Origin: Candidatus Bathyarchaeota archaeon | GTDB taxonomy: Archaea > Thermoproteota > Bathyarchaeia > TCS64 | Length of the DNA stretch: 64,000 bases | NCBI GenBank assembly: GCA_043826455.1 | Contig: JBDRQD010000048.1 | Coordinates: 96,001 to 160,000 of the forward strand | Reading direction: 5' to 3' | In this document: piece after piece, positions 19,942 to 30,253 of the stretch | How positions within the stretch are numbered: the stretch's first letter is position 1 | How the letters are laid out: each line of letters starts with the position of its first letter | Position numbers and translations under genes: made by a program | The notes under the pieces: model-generated | Seen by the model: the letters and a program-made list of their open reading frames with translations, nothing else | Databases searched by the model: none | Told to the model about the DNA's origin: nothing

Positions 19942-19986
19942 ACCTTACTCCTTATCTCTTCAAACGCCCTTCATCTGTGAGCAGCA

Positions 19987-20781
19987 TTGAGGTTCAGCGT
20001 CACCTCGGACATGTTCAACTACAGCTTCAAGCCCGGGCTGGAGGAGAAGCTGAGCCTCTTCAGGGAGTACGGCTTCGAGTACCTCCACTGGTGCGACAAC
20101 TGGAACGACGACGTGCTCTACACCCGCGACGAGATGAAACAGTACGCCCGGCTCATTACGGACGCGGGCCTCACCTGCCTCGACGTCCACGGCACCGCCA
20201 CCCACGACATAAGGTTAGACGCGGACGACGCAGCCACACACAGGCTCTACGTGAAGCTGCTGAGGAACCGGGTCGAGTTCTGCTCCGCCGTGGGGGGCGA
20301 CGCCGTGGTGGCGCACCCGCCCCACCTCCACGAGCCGGACCTGGAGAAGCGGCTGAGCCGAGCCGCGGAGGCCCTGGACGCTGTCAGGAGCCTATGCGGA
20401 GGCCACGGGGTAGCCCTTGCCCTGGAGAACTGCTACAGGGACGACCACAGGGTGCTCAGGCGCCTCCTCGACGAGCACCCGCCCGAGTTCCTCGGCTTCT
20501 GCTACGACTCAGGCCACGCCAACATCCACGGCAACTTCAGGCAGCTAAACCCCTTCAGAGAAAGGCTCCTCGTGACCCACCTCCACGACAACCGGGGCGA
20601 CGCTGACAGCCACCAGCCCCCCGGCTGGGGGACCATAGACTGGGGCACAGTCGTAGGGTGGTTGGAGGGCCACGGAAAGCCCCTGAACCTGGAGGTGACC
20701 CACAGCCAGGAGCACTTCAAAGGCGATCCGCGGGGCTTCCTGGAGGCGATCCGCGGCTCCCTCAAACACCTGGCCCGCTAG
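19987..20781 (+). CDS. sugar phosphate isomerase/epimerase (AP endonuclease 2 TIM barrel)
   Basis: ALEN, CYDSGHAN, HLHDNRG.DSH..PGWGTIDW. Confidence 0.88.
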   Translation: MRFSVTSDMFNYSFKPGLEEKLSLFREYGFEYLHWCDNWNDDVLYTRDEMKQYARLITDAGLTCLDVHGTATHDIRLDADDAATHRLYVKLLRNRVEFCSAVGGDAVVAHPPHLHEPDLEKRLSRAAEALDAVRSLCGGHGVALALENCYRDDHRVLRRLLDEHPPEFLGFCYDSGHANIHGNFRQLNPFRERLLVTHLHDNRGDADSHQPPGWGTIDWGTVVGWLEGHGKPLNLEVTHSQEHFKGDPRGFLEAIRGSLKHLAR

Positions 20782-22238
20782 ATGCTGAGCCAGTAACTCA
20801 CCGACAGGTAGGCAAGAGTGTACAAGGCCAGGAACCCCGCATAGGGCAGCGTCTCGCTGGTGAAGGCGAAGAAGAGGCCCAGCGCGCAGAGGAAGCCCAG
20901 CAGAGCCTCGATCCCGTTGAACCGTTTAAGGGACCCGTAGCTCCTGCGCCCCAGGCTCACCAGCCGCTCCTTGACGTCGTACTTGGGTACACGCTCGAAG
21001 ACGCCCCCCTCCTGGAGCATGCCCTCCACGATGTTGATGGCGCACACCGCGGATATCCCGTGGCCCATCAGGGCCAGGAGCCCAATGTAGGGGAGCTTGT
21101 CTCTGAAGCTGATGCCCTGCCTGCTGAGGGCCGTGTAGTAGTAGACCCCTGTGCAGAGGGTGCACACTGTGAACATGACGCCGAACCTGGGGTCCCTTAT
21201 CACCTGGCCGAAGAGGGTGCGGGGCAGGAAGCCTGTCAGGAACATGGCGTTGTAGCCTAGGAGGACGACGCCCATGAGCACAGTCATGAGCATGAGGAGG
21301 CTGATGCTGTAGTTGGTGAGCTGCATGGTGGCCTGGAACTTCTGGAAGGCTGTCAGCCACGGTGCCCCGTATATCCTGCCCAGCAGCTTCCTGGCGCACT
21401 GGATGCTGCCCTTGGCCCACCTGGCCTGCTGCACCCTGAAGGAGTACAGGTCCACGGGCACCACCCCGGGCACCACCACGTCCCGGAGGTAGACCCCCCT
21501 GTACCCGGCCAACTGAACCCGCACCGCCAGGTCCATGTCCTCGCTGAGGGTGTCCCAGCTCCAGCCCCCCGCCGCCTCGATGGCCCTGGCCCTGAAGACA
21601 CCGGCCGAGCCGTTGAAGCTCATGAGGAACCCCAGGCTGTACCTGCCGGCCTGGTCCACCACGTGATGACCGTCCAGGGCAATGGCGATGGCCTCCGTGA
21701 ACTTGTTCAGAGCCCGGTTCAGGTGGCCCCACCGGGCCTGCACGAAGCCCACCGAGGGGTCGGCCTCCAGGTGGGGTATAGTCTTCTCCAGGAAGTCGGG
21801 GTCCGGCAGGAAATCGGCGTCGAAGAGAGCTATGTACTCCCCCTTTGACTGGCTGAAGGCGTTCACCAGGGCCCCCGCCTTGTAGCCCAAGCGCCCCTGC
21901 CTCCTAACGGCCCTGATGTTGTACCCCTGGGACCTGTACCAGTCCACGGACGCGTCCACGATCCTCCCGGTTTCGTCGGTGCTGTCGTCCAGCACCAGCA
22001 CCTCCAACCTGTCCCTGGGCCATCTGAAGCCGCACACCGCCTCAATGAGCCCCTCCACCATGGTGCCCTCATTGTAGACCGGGAGCTGCACCGTCACATT
22101 GGGGCGCCTCTTCATGGGCGGCGCCTCCGGTGCCCTGTACCTGCTGGACCCGTAGGCCAGGAGGAGGCAGTTGTAGCCGAAGGGGAGCAGCAGGAAGCTG
22201 AACATAAAGTATAGGAAAACCACTAGTTCACCGATCAC
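20778..22238 (-). CDS. GT2 glycosyltransferase, cellulose-synthase-like
   Basis: QLPVYNE, KAGAL, FDADF, SEDMD, QQARWAKG (QxxRW), TM helices. Confidence 0.9.
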   Translation of the reverse strand: MIGELVVFLYFMFSFLLLPFGYNCLLLAYGSSRYRAPEAPPMKRRPNVTVQLPVYNEGTMVEGLIEAVCGFRWPRDRLEVLVLDDSTDETGRIVDASVDWYRSQGYNIRAVRRQGRLGYKAGALVNAFSQSKGEYIALFDADFLPDPDFLEKTIPHLEADPSVGFVQARWGHLNRALNKFTEAIAIALDGHHVVDQAGRYSLGFLMSFNGSAGVFRARAIEAAGGWSWDTLSEDMDLAVRVQLAGYRGVYLRDVVVPGVVPVDLYSFRVQQARWAKGSIQCARKLLGRIYGAPWLTAFQKFQATMQLTNYSISLLMLMTVLMGVVLLGYNAMFLTGFLPRTLFGQVIRDPRFGVMFTVCTLCTGVYYYTALSRQGISFRDKLPYIGLLALMGHGISAVCAINIVEGMLQEGGVFERVPKYDVKERLVSLGRRSYGSLKRFNGIEALLGFLCALGLFFAFTSETLPYAGFLALYTLAYLSVSYWLSI

Positions 22239-22320
22239 GGCCGCGCCCCAGTTTTCCTATTCGGGGCCCGACTTATAGGGGTTCCCAAACCCCATAAACC
22301 CGCACCCGCCACATCTATCC

Positions 22321-23535
22321 ATGGTAATTGTTGACGCAGAGGAACGGTTCCTGCGGGAGGTAGACCGCCTAGAGAAATACATGACGAACCACCTCCAGGG
22401 CATGGTCAGGATACCCAGCGAGAACCCCCCGGGGGACGAATCCAAGGTAGCCGGCTACGTTGGTGATGCCCTCACCGCCCTCGGCCTCAAGGTGGAGCAC
22501 GTGGAGCCCATGCGGGGCAGGGTGAACACACTAGGTGTGCTCAGGGGCTCCGGCGACGGCGCCGGGCTCCTCTGGAACGGCCACTTCGACACGGTGCCCC
22601 TGGGCAACCTGGACAACTGGACAGTGGACCCCCTGGGCGGCGAGGTGAAGGACGGCAAAGTCTGGGGCAGAGGAAGCGGCGACATGAAGGGCGCAGTAGC
22701 CTCCGCCATGACAGCGGTCAAGGCCCTCCAGGACGCTGGCGTCAGGCTGAGGGGCGACCTCCACATCCACGCCGTGGCCGACGAGGAGTTCTTCGGACGC
22801 TACGGCACCCAACATCTATGCGAGAAAGGCTACGTCAGCGGCGTGGAGGCCGCCGTGGTGGGGGAGGCCTCCACCAGGGATGGGAGAATCATGGCCAGGC
22901 CCGCCGTCAGGGGCAGGACCCTGGTCAACATCCGGGTCAAAGGTAAATCAGCCCACAGCAGCAGGCCCCAGATGGGCGTCAACGCGGTCCTCAAGATGAG
23001 CAAGGTGCTCCTAGCCATAGACGGGGCCGAGTTCAGGTTCCCCCGGCACGGGCTGCTGCCGGACCCCACAATAGCCCCGGGCACCACCATCCGGGGCGGC
23101 ACCAAGGACAACATGGTGCCCGAGGACTGTGAGGCCGTGTGCGACGTCCGCACCGTCCCCGGCATGAGCCCCGAGGGCGTCGTGGAGGACATCAGGGCCA
23201 TCATACGCGTCCTGGCTAGCAGGGACCCGAACCTCCACGCCACGGTAACTGCGCCCCTGAGTAAGCCCCCCAGCGAGATATCCGTCACCCACCCCCTCTA
23301 TAGGGCAGCCGCCGAGGCCACTGTGAAGGCGGTGGGCTACGAGCTGGAGCCCCTGGGCGCCGAGGGCAGCAATGACACCAGCCACATCACAAACATCGCC
23401 GGGGTCCCCGCCATGGCCTTCGGGCCAGGCGGAGGCAACGCCCACGCCCCGGACGAGTGGGCTGACATCCGGACCCACCTGGACTTCGCCAAGATATACG
23501 GACTCATGATGATGAGCCTCTGCGGCGTGGAGTAA
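22321..23535 (+). CDS. M20 metallopeptidase (ArgE/DapE family)
   Basis: NGHFDTVP, GRGSGDMKG, ADEE, AHAPDEW. Confidence 0.9.
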   Translation: MVIVDAEERFLREVDRLEKYMTNHLQGMVRIPSENPPGDESKVAGYVGDALTALGLKVEHVEPMRGRVNTLGVLRGSGDGAGLLWNGHFDTVPLGNLDNWTVDPLGGEVKDGKVWGRGSGDMKGAVASAMTAVKALQDAGVRLRGDLHIHAVADEEFFGRYGTQHLCEKGYVSGVEAAVVGEASTRDGRIMARPAVRGRTLVNIRVKGKSAHSSRPQMGVNAVLKMSKVLLAIDGAEFRFPRHGLLPDPTIAPGTTIRGGTKDNMVPEDCEAVCDVRTVPGMSPEGVVEDIRAIIRVLASRDPNLHATVTAPLSKPPSEISVTHPLYRAAAEATVKAVGYELEPLGAEGSNDTSHITNIAGVPAMAFGPGGGNAHAPDEWADIRTHLDFAKIYGLMMMSLCGVE

Positions 23536-23576
23536 GCCCCACCTTTTATAGGGTGTGAAGCTGAGACTGATCCGAT

Positions 23577-23990
23577 ATGGTCGACGAGTTGGATGAGCGG
23601 ATACTGAGGCTGCTGGAGGAGAACAGCCGCGCCACATACGTGGAGATAGGGCAGCAGGTGGGCCTCAGCGAGGGCGCCGTCAGGAACCGGGTGCAAGCCC
23701 TGGTGGCGTCAGGCGTCATCAAGCGGTTCACCATCGAGAAGGCCTCCGGCGTCGGCGTAAGGGCCCTCATCATGATTGCGGTCAGCCCCACGATCCCCAC
23801 GTATGAGGTCTCCCAGAGAGTACACAGGCTCAACGGCGTAGAGCGCATCTACGAGGTCACAGGCGAGTATGACATAGTCTTGGTGAGCAGCAGCCACAAC
23901 ATCGACGGCATCAACAGGGTCATAGAGGAGATCAGGAAGATACCCGGCGTCGAGAAGACCAACACAATAATAGTGCTGAGGACCCTCTGA
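23577..23990 (+). CDS. Lrp/AsnC transcriptional regulator (LysM-like)
   Basis: DELDERILRLL..GLSEGAVRNRV HTH; YEVTGEYDI. Confidence 0.9.
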   Translation: MVDELDERILRLLEENSRATYVEIGQQVGLSEGAVRNRVQALVASGVIKRFTIEKASGVGVRALIMIAVSPTIPTYEVSQRVHRLNGVERIYEVTGEYDIVLVSSSHNIDGINRVIEEIRKIPGVEKTNTIIVLRTL

Positions 23991-24026
23991 CAAACCTTTA
24001 TACCGTTTCCGCTGCAGCCTTGAACC

Positions 24027-25049
24027 ATGAAGCGGAGTCTCATAACCCCCATAATACTCGTTGTGTTGGTTGTCGCGGGCTACGCGCTCATCAACAGGGG
24101 CGGCGAGGGGCCTGCGACCCAGGGCGCGGAGACCGAGCAGCAGCATCCAGAAGAGCCGGTCTCTGAGCCCCAGGCCACACTCAAAGGCGTCAGCCTCTCT
24201 CCTCGCAGCTACGAGGGGGACGACTTCGTGGGTTTCTGGGAGAAGGCGTCAGAGGGTGGCAAGGTGGTGACTTGGGCGGGGGACTGGGGGCACATGGTGA
24301 ACGGGACGGCGCCCCAGGTGGTCGCTGGCCTCTCCCACACGTACGGGTGCGAGCCTGTGATCATGGTGACCTACATGGATCCGCCCTCAGGGACCAGCCA
24401 CGCCCTCACAGAGGAGACCAGAGAGGCCTACTTGAGCTCCATCAAGGGCTTCGCTGCCGAGTACGAGCCCAGATGCCTGGGAATCGGCGTTGAGGTGAAC
24501 AGCGTCTACATGCGCACCCCTGAGACCTACAACGAGTTCAAGGAGTTCTTCCCCCAGGCTCTCAGGGCCGTGAAGGAGGCGTCCCCAGACACCCAGGTTT
24601 TCACCGTCTTCCAGCTGGAGCAGATGAAAGGCCTCGGAGGCGGCCTCTTCGGCGGAGTCAACGACGAGTCCAAGAACCACTGGCGTCTATTGGACGACTT
24701 CCCCGACGCCGACCTACACGCCTTCACCACATACCCGTGCCTCATCTACGGGCACCCATCCGAGATGCCTGAGGAGTACTACTCCGAGATACTGCTCCAC
24801 ACCGATAAACCCGTGGCGTTCACCGAGGTGGGCTGGTTCAGGGAGGGCTTCCCCGGGTGGGAGAGCAGCCCAGAGGAGCAGGGCGAGTTCATCGACAGGT
24901 TCTTTGACCTCATAGAGGACGTGGACCCCGTGCTGGTTGTCTGGAGCTTCCTGTACGACCAGGATGCACAGAGGCCCTTCGACACCATGGGGCTCTTGGA
25001 CGCCGAGGAGAAGCACCTGGCGGCCTGGGAGGCCTGGCTCAGACACTAA
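24027..25049 (+). CDS. membrane-anchored glycoside-hydrolase-like TIM barrel protein
   Basis: N-terminal anchor, IGVEVN acid/base-like motif, KPVAFTEVGW nucleophile-like motif. Confidence 0.65.
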   Translation: MKRSLITPIILVVLVVAGYALINRGGEGPATQGAETEQQHPEEPVSEPQATLKGVSLSPRSYEGDDFVGFWEKASEGGKVVTWAGDWGHMVNGTAPQVVAGLSHTYGCEPVIMVTYMDPPSGTSHALTEETREAYLSSIKGFAAEYEPRCLGIGVEVNSVYMRTPETYNEFKEFFPQALRAVKEASPDTQVFTVFQLEQMKGLGGGLFGGVNDESKNHWRLLDDFPDADLHAFTTYPCLIYGHPSEMPEEYYSEILLHTDKPVAFTEVGWFREGFPGWESSPEEQGEFIDRFFDLIEDVDPVLVVWSFLYDQDAQRPFDTMGLLDAEEKHLAAWEAWLRH

Positions 25050-25080
25050 CCCTAAAACCGTGAGACCCCACGGATATGAC

Positions 25081-25497
25081 GTGAAGATATACTTCGCTGG
25101 CAGCATCAGAGGCGAGAAGCCGGACCCGGGCTGGTTCCAGGCACTGATAACACACATCTCAAGACATGGAAGGGTCCTCACGGAGCACAGCTTCAGTTAC
25201 ATCCCCGAGGAGGAGGGGCAGCTCGACGACCAGCGGATATACGAGAGGGACATGGCGTGGCTCAGGGAGGCCGACGCCGTGGTGGCCGAGGTCACGGCCC
25301 CTAGCCTGGGCGTAGGCTACGAGGTGGCCAAGGCCGAGGAGTGGGGCAAACCTCTGCTACTCCTCTACAGGGAAACGCCAGGCAGGAAACCCTCCGCCAT
25401 GCTGAACGGTAACCGCAACCTTCACCTCTTCAAATACGCGGAGAAGCGGGATGCTCTGAGAGCGGTGGACGAGTTCCTGGAGGCGTTCAAGGGGTAA
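25081..25497 (+). CDS. nucleoside 2-deoxyribosyltransferase / DNPH1-like hydrolase
   Basis: IYFAGSIRG, IYERDMAWL, AEVTAPSLGVGYE. Confidence 0.88.
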   Translation: MKIYFAGSIRGEKPDPGWFQALITHISRHGRVLTEHSFSYIPEEEGQLDDQRIYERDMAWLREADAVVAEVTAPSLGVGYEVAKAEEWGKPLLLLYRETPGRKPSAMLNGNRNLHLFKYAEKRDALRAVDEFLEAFKG

Positions 25498-26416
25498 CGC
25501 CCAGGCGCAGGAGCTCCGCCTCAGCCAGCAGGTGGACACCAGCCGTCCACTGGCCCGTCGCGTGAACCTCCCTGAACACCTTAACGGCCTCACTTTTCCG
25601 CCCCTCAGCCAGGTACAGGTTGCCCACGGCCTGGGCCCTGGTGACGAACCTGACTGGGCCCTCAGCCCTCGCGTCACCTAGCACAGCCTCAGGGGTGAAG
25701 TGCCCCTTGTACATGAGGAGGGTCTGGTAGTAGTCCCCCACCTCCACCAGGCTCAGTCCGGGCTCCACCTCCTCCAACAGCAGCTCCGCCTCGTACCTGA
25801 GGCCCAGCCTTATGAGCACCATGTAGAGCCAGTGGCCTGTAGCTATCCGGCTTTCCAAGTTGTCCGAGGCCTCCATGCACCGGCGGTACGCCTCCGCGGC
25901 CTCCTCCAGCATCCCGGCCGCGAAGTAGGTGAAGCCCTGGTGGTAGTAGACGTTCCAGTTGAAGCTGGCTACACCCATCTTGTCCTTGCTGGGGCCCCCG
26001 CTGGCGTACAGCTCGGGCTCATCAGGCCTGCCCTCGATGAGCTCCACGGCCCGCCTGAAGTCGTTGATGGCTAGGTCTATGCGGCGGAGGATGGCGAACC
26101 TGTGGCCTCTGAACCTGTAGAACCTGGGGTCCTCGGGCCACCGCCTAACGCCCTCACCATAGATGACGGCGGCCTCGTTGAACCTGCCCAAGATGCCTGT
26201 CCTTCTGCCGAGCCATAGAAGCTTCTCCGGGGCGTCGGGGTCGGCCAGGTAATCCCGGAGCGCCTTCTCCCGGTTCTCCTCCAGCTCCCTCATCTTCTCC
26301 CTGTAGGCCTCCTCCTCGGAGGGCAGCCACAGCCTTATGGGGCTCCTGTGGAGGGGCTCACCGAAGAGGCTGAAGGCCTCGGGAGACTCGAACGGCTCAC
26401 CGCGTGGTTTATCCAT
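25487..26416 (-). CDS. tetratricopeptide repeat protein
   Basis: TPR-like helices (YRFRGHRF..AINDFRRAVEL; YYHQG..EEAAEAYRRC). Confidence 0.75.
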   Translation of the reverse strand: MDKPRGEPFESPEAFSLFGEPLHRSPIRLWLPSEEEAYREKMRELEENREKALRDYLADPDAPEKLLWLGRRTGILGRFNEAAVIYGEGVRRWPEDPRFYRFRGHRFAILRRIDLAINDFRRAVELIEGRPDEPELYASGGPSKDKMGVASFNWNVYYHQGFTYFAAGMLEEAAEAYRRCMEASDNLESRIATGHWLYMVLIRLGLRYEAELLLEEVEPGLSLVEVGDYYQTLLMYKGHFTPEAVLGDARAEGPVRFVTRAQAVGNLYLAEGRKSEAVKVFREVHATGQWTAGVHLLAEAELLRLGVTP

Positions 26417-26533
26417 GTTACTGTATAGCTGGGGCTGTCGGCATTTACCCCTTTTGAAAACGTTGACACATGGGACGCCCAGATGGTCTCTTGTATAAAT
26501 AGGTCACAGTAGATACATTGAGACTGACACTGG

Positions 26534-27667
26534 ATGCGAGGCTCCTTGGAGACAGAACTGGCCGATGCACACAGGAAGCTCTTCGGAGGCGGAGAAGTGA
26601 CGGTCCACAAAGCCTCGGGCAGGGTGAACCTCATCGGAGAGCACACCGACTACAACGACGGATACGTGCTACCCACCCCCATAGACCGGCACGTCTTCGT
26701 CGCCTCCTCTCCCAGAGGCGACAGCAGGGTGGTGGCCATCGCCCGGGACCTGGAGGACAGGGCAGAGTTCAACCTGGGATCAATGAAGAGGAGCCCTGAG
26801 CACCCGTGGAGCAACTACGTCATGGGGGTCGCTCAGAAGCTCATCGAGGAAGGCCACAGGCTCAGAGGCGCCGACATGGTCGTCGGGGGCGACGTGCCCC
26901 TGGGGGCCGGGCTCAGCAGCTCCGCCGCCCTACTGGTTGCCTCCCTCCGGGCCTTCCAGGCCATGAACGGCATAGCCCTGGACCCCGTGGAGGCGGCATA
27001 CCTTGCGAAGAGGGCCGAGAACGAGTTCGTGGGGGTCCAGTGCGGCGTCATGGACCCGTTCGTGGCAACCCTGGGGGAACACGGCAAGGCGCTGTTCATA
27101 GACTGCAGGACCAATGAGCACCGGCACGTGGCCCTGCCCCGCGACCACAGAGTGGTCATAGTCAACACCATGAAGAGCAGGGACCTTGCGTCCTCCGCAT
27201 ACAACGAGAGGAGGCAGCAGTGCATGGATGCGGTCCAGATACTCAGTAGGCACGACCCCATGATCAAAGCCCTCAGGGATGTGTCCCCCGAGACCCTGGT
27301 GAAGCACTGGGATGAGCTGCCGCCCCTAACCCGGATGCGCGCCCGCCACGTGGTCACCGAGAACCAGAGGGTGATGGAGTCCCTTGAGCTACTGGAGGAC
27401 GGCGACGTGGACGGATTCGGGGACCTCATGTACGACAGCCACGAGAGCCTCCAGAACGACTATGAGGTGAGCTGCAGGGAACTGGATGTCCTGGTGGACG
27501 CCACCCTGGACATGAGGGCCGTCGCCGGCGCACGGATGACGGGCGCAGGCTTCGGCGGCTGCACCGTGAACCTGGTGGAGGAAGGCTACGTGGACAGGTT
27601 CACCGAGCTGATTAAGGAGAAGTACCTCAGTTCAACGGCTAAGCAGGCCGAGGTCTACCTGGCCTGA
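26534..27667 (+). CDS. galK: galactokinase
   Basis: GRVNLIGEHTDYN, PLGAGLSSSAA, GARMTGAGFGGC. Confidence 0.95.
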   Translation: MRGSLETELADAHRKLFGGGEVTVHKASGRVNLIGEHTDYNDGYVLPTPIDRHVFVASSPRGDSRVVAIARDLEDRAEFNLGSMKRSPEHPWSNYVMGVAQKLIEEGHRLRGADMVVGGDVPLGAGLSSSAALLVASLRAFQAMNGIALDPVEAAYLAKRAENEFVGVQCGVMDPFVATLGEHGKALFIDCRTNEHRHVALPRDHRVVIVNTMKSRDLASSAYNERRQQCMDAVQILSRHDPMIKALRDVSPETLVKHWDELPPLTRMRARHVVTENQRVMESLELLEDGDVDGFGDLMYDSHESLQNDYEVSCRELDVLVDATLDMRAVAGARMTGAGFGGCTVNLVEEGYVDRFTELIKEKYLSSTAKQAEVYLA

Positions 27668-28035
27668 GGCCTCTGAACTATCTCCACCACGTAGCCCTCA
27701 GGGTCCTCACAGAAGAAGACCCTACCCTCTACTTTCCTCAGCTCCACCTCACTGGTTCTCATCTTCACTCCAGCGTCCCTCAGCCTCCCGTATAGGCCCC
27801 AGATGTCCTCGCCGTCCTTCAGGCCGAGGCATAGGATCACGGGTTTGTCCTCCGCTGCCCTGAGGTATCCTTTCCCATCCTGTACGACTCCAATGGTGTA
27901 ACCTGGGCAGACATGGTATAGGGTGGTCCAGCTGGACTCAGCCTCCTCCTCAAGACCAAGAAGGTCCCCGTAGAAGCCCCGGGCAACCCCCATGTCCTTG
28001 TAGTAGATGAATGTGTAGGCCCGGTCGAAGCTCAT
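27655..28035 (-). CDS. VOC/glyoxalase family protein
   Basis: FYGDLLGL, FFCEDPEGYVVEI. Confidence 0.85.
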   Translation of the reverse strand: MSFDRAYTFIYYKDMGVARGFYGDLLGLEEEAESSWTTLYHVCPGYTIGVVQDGKGYLRAAEDKPVILCLGLKDGEDIWGLYGRLRDAGVKMRTSEVELRKVEGRVFFCEDPEGYVVEIVQRPQAR

Positions 28036-28799
28036 CTCCAGTAACGCTCCACGTACTCGGTGGCCTTCATGAACTCCACGTCGGGGAACTTCTGGATGTA
28101 CTCCATGATGCCGTTGAGGCACAGAAGCCTGGAGGGCCTGCCCGTGACCTGGGGGTGCATGGTGAGGCAGAACAGGCTCCTATCCCTGTACCTGGCGTCG
28201 AACTCTATTGTCCACGTGTCCACGGTGTCTTTCACCGTGGCGCCCCAGTCGTAGTAGAAGGTCCAGTCGTCCAGGTTGTAGGCAACCGGTATCTCCAGTA
28301 GTTTCGAGACGCAGCCGTCTATGACGTTGTAGAAGCACTCCTCGGCGCCCATGTAGTCGCTGTTCCATAGGAAACCCAGCTCCTCTAGGAGCCTGTGGGT
28401 CCGCTCAGACGGCCTCCACCTGGGCGTCCGGTGGCCCACGATCCTCTTACCGGTGAACTCCTCAAGAATGCCCCTGCTCTTCAAAATGCCCTGCCGCTCC
28501 TCCTCGGGCTCCAACGCGTTGTAGCCGCGGTGGGTGTACCCGTGGCAGGCCACCTCGTGGCCCCTGGACACGATCTCCTCCACGGCCTCAGGGTACCGCT
28601 CAGCTGTGAGGCCCACGACGCAGAACGTGGCCTTGACCTCGTTCTCGTCCAGTAGGTCCAGTATCCGGTACACCCCCTTCCGGGGCCCGTAGCCTCCCTG
28701 AGTAACCCAGTAAGGGATGCCGGGATGCATCTCCTCGAAGGCGGTCTCCCCGTCCAGGTCGAAGGTGAGTAGAACAGGGAAAGGCTTGGAGTCAGACAT
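28032..28799 (-). CDS. polysaccharide deacetylase (NodB/CE4)
   Basis: LTFDLD, GHEVACHGYTH, HRTP, MHPQVTGRP. Confidence 0.9.
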   Translation of the reverse strand: MSDSKPFPVLLTFDLDGETAFEEMHPGIPYWVTQGGYGPRKGVYRILDLLDENEVKATFCVVGLTAERYPEAVEEIVSRGHEVACHGYTHRGYNALEPEEERQGILKSRGILEEFTGKRIVGHRTPRWRPSERTHRLLEELGFLWNSDYMGAEECFYNVIDGCVSKLLEIPVAYNLDDWTFYYDWGATVKDTVDTWTIEFDARYRDRSLFCLTMHPQVTGRPSRLLCLNGIMEYIQKFPDVEFMKATEYVERYWR

Positions 28800-28831
28800 G
28801 GAGAATAGGTTGGAGGAGGCTGCTAAAAGGT

Positions 28832-29440
28832 CTACTGGGCCGCCTGCCTCTTGGCCATGTACTCGGCGTCCGCCTTATCTCGGCTCAAGGGCACGCAGAT
28901 GACGTACTGGGGCTTCACGTCCAGCACGTTGGGGCTGTCCGCGGCCAGGAAGCTCACAGCCGTGTCCGCCCCCCTGTGGCTGCCGGCGACGCTTATCACA
29001 TGCTCACCGGCCTGGACCAGGCCCGCGTCACAGGCCTTAGCCACGATCTCCACATTAACTTTCACCTTCATGGCGATGAGGGTCTGGGTGATGAAGCTCA
29101 TGGGGCTGTGGCCCAGCCTCTGCCGCTGCCTAATGGCGTTGGTGAGAACATCGGTGCCCAGGTTCACCACACCCCCCAACTCCTCGATCCTTTTCCAGTT
29201 ATCGGGCTTGAACTGCTGGACGCCTGTCGCTGGGAACCCCATCTGGTGGCCCACCACGATGATCTGGACGCCGCTGCCCTTGAAGAGCTCAGCTGCCTTG
29301 ACTCCCGTGTCTCCGCTGGTGCTGGCCACCAGCACCTTCTTCACAGCCAACCCTTTGGCCGCCTGGAGCGCTGCTTTGAGGGTGTCCTCGGTGTGCTCGG
29401 CCCCACCCTCCTCGTAGTAGACTGTCTCCCGTATGATCAT
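28832..29440 (-). CDS. pyruvate kinase C-terminal-like domain protein
   Basis: VLVASTSGDTG, ACDAGLV, VISVAGSHRGADTA. Confidence 0.8.
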   Translation of the reverse strand: MIIRETVYYEEGGAEHTEDTLKAALQAAKGLAVKKVLVASTSGDTGVKAAELFKGSGVQIIVVGHQMGFPATGVQQFKPDNWKRIEELGGVVNLGTDVLTNAIRQRQRLGHSPMSFITQTLIAMKVKVNVEIVAKACDAGLVQAGEHVISVAGSHRGADTAVSFLAADSPNVLDVKPQYVICVPLSRDKADAEYMAKRQAAQ

Positions 29441-29550
29441 AGAACCAGAAAGGTGTTCACCGTCGCCGATTTAAAGCTTAACAGTAGGCAGAGCGCCATA
29501 CAGCCATGCATAACACTAAAGCCGTGGAGCCCACTTTCCCATTGGTATCC

Positions 29551-30198
29551 ATGGTTGACCTCAAAGTAATACGGGAGAGGCTGAACAGCAGCATCATATC
29601 TGATGTCCTGGACGGCATGGGGCTCAGAGGCCAAGCCATGTCCACGGACGTAAGGCCCCTCAGCGAGGAGATGTCCACGGTGGGCACGGCCTCCACCATG
29701 CTCATGGCGGACCAGTACGACGAGGGCAAGGACACCTTCACCCTCCAGTTCCAGGCCATCGACAGCCTAGGCAAGGACGACGTCATGGTGGTCTGCAGCA
29801 ACGGCAGCGACCGCGCTGCCCTCTGGGGCGAGCTCCTCTCGACGGCCGCCACCTACCGGGGCGCGGCCGGCGCAGTCATCGACGGACTAGCCAGGGACGT
29901 GAGCCTCATCAAGAAGATGGGGTTCCCCGTGTTCTGCAGGGGGATCGCGCCCATAAGCAGCAAAGGCAGAGTCATAGCCGTTGACTATAACTGCCCCGTC
30001 GTGGTGAGCGGAGTCAAGGTGCATCCGGGCGACATTGTGGTGGCTGACCTGGACGGCGTCGTCGTGGTACCGAAGGACCTGGCCGAGGAAACCGTGAAGA
30101 GAGCTCTTGATGTGGTCAGCAGGGAGTCCAAGACCAGGGAGGAGCTGAGGAAAGGCGCCGGCCTCAGCGACGTCTACAAGAAGTACGGCACCGTGTAG
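29551..30198 (+). CDS. RraA family / HMG aldolase
   Basis: ALWGELL, GAVIDGLARD, VHPGDIVVADLDGVVVVP. Confidence 0.9.
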   Translation: MVDLKVIRERLNSSIISDVLDGMGLRGQAMSTDVRPLSEEMSTVGTASTMLMADQYDEGKDTFTLQFQAIDSLGKDDVMVVCSNGSDRAALWGELLSTAATYRGAAGAVIDGLARDVSLIKKMGFPVFCRGIAPISSKGRVIAVDYNCPVVVSGVKVHPGDIVVADLDGVVVVPKDLAEETVKRALDVVSRESKTREELRKGAGLSDVYKKYGTV

Positions 30199-30253
30199 CT
30201 CCCCGTGGTTACAGTTATAATGAGATAAGTGAAAAGATGTGTGAGGTACCTGC

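Noticed and set aside
19218..20606. Long alternative-frame ORFs (e.g. 462 aa here; also 46990-47871, 49685-50638, 52654-53571)
   Set aside because: Shadow ORFs from high GC3, overlapping well-supported genes, with R/G/P-rich composition and no motifs.
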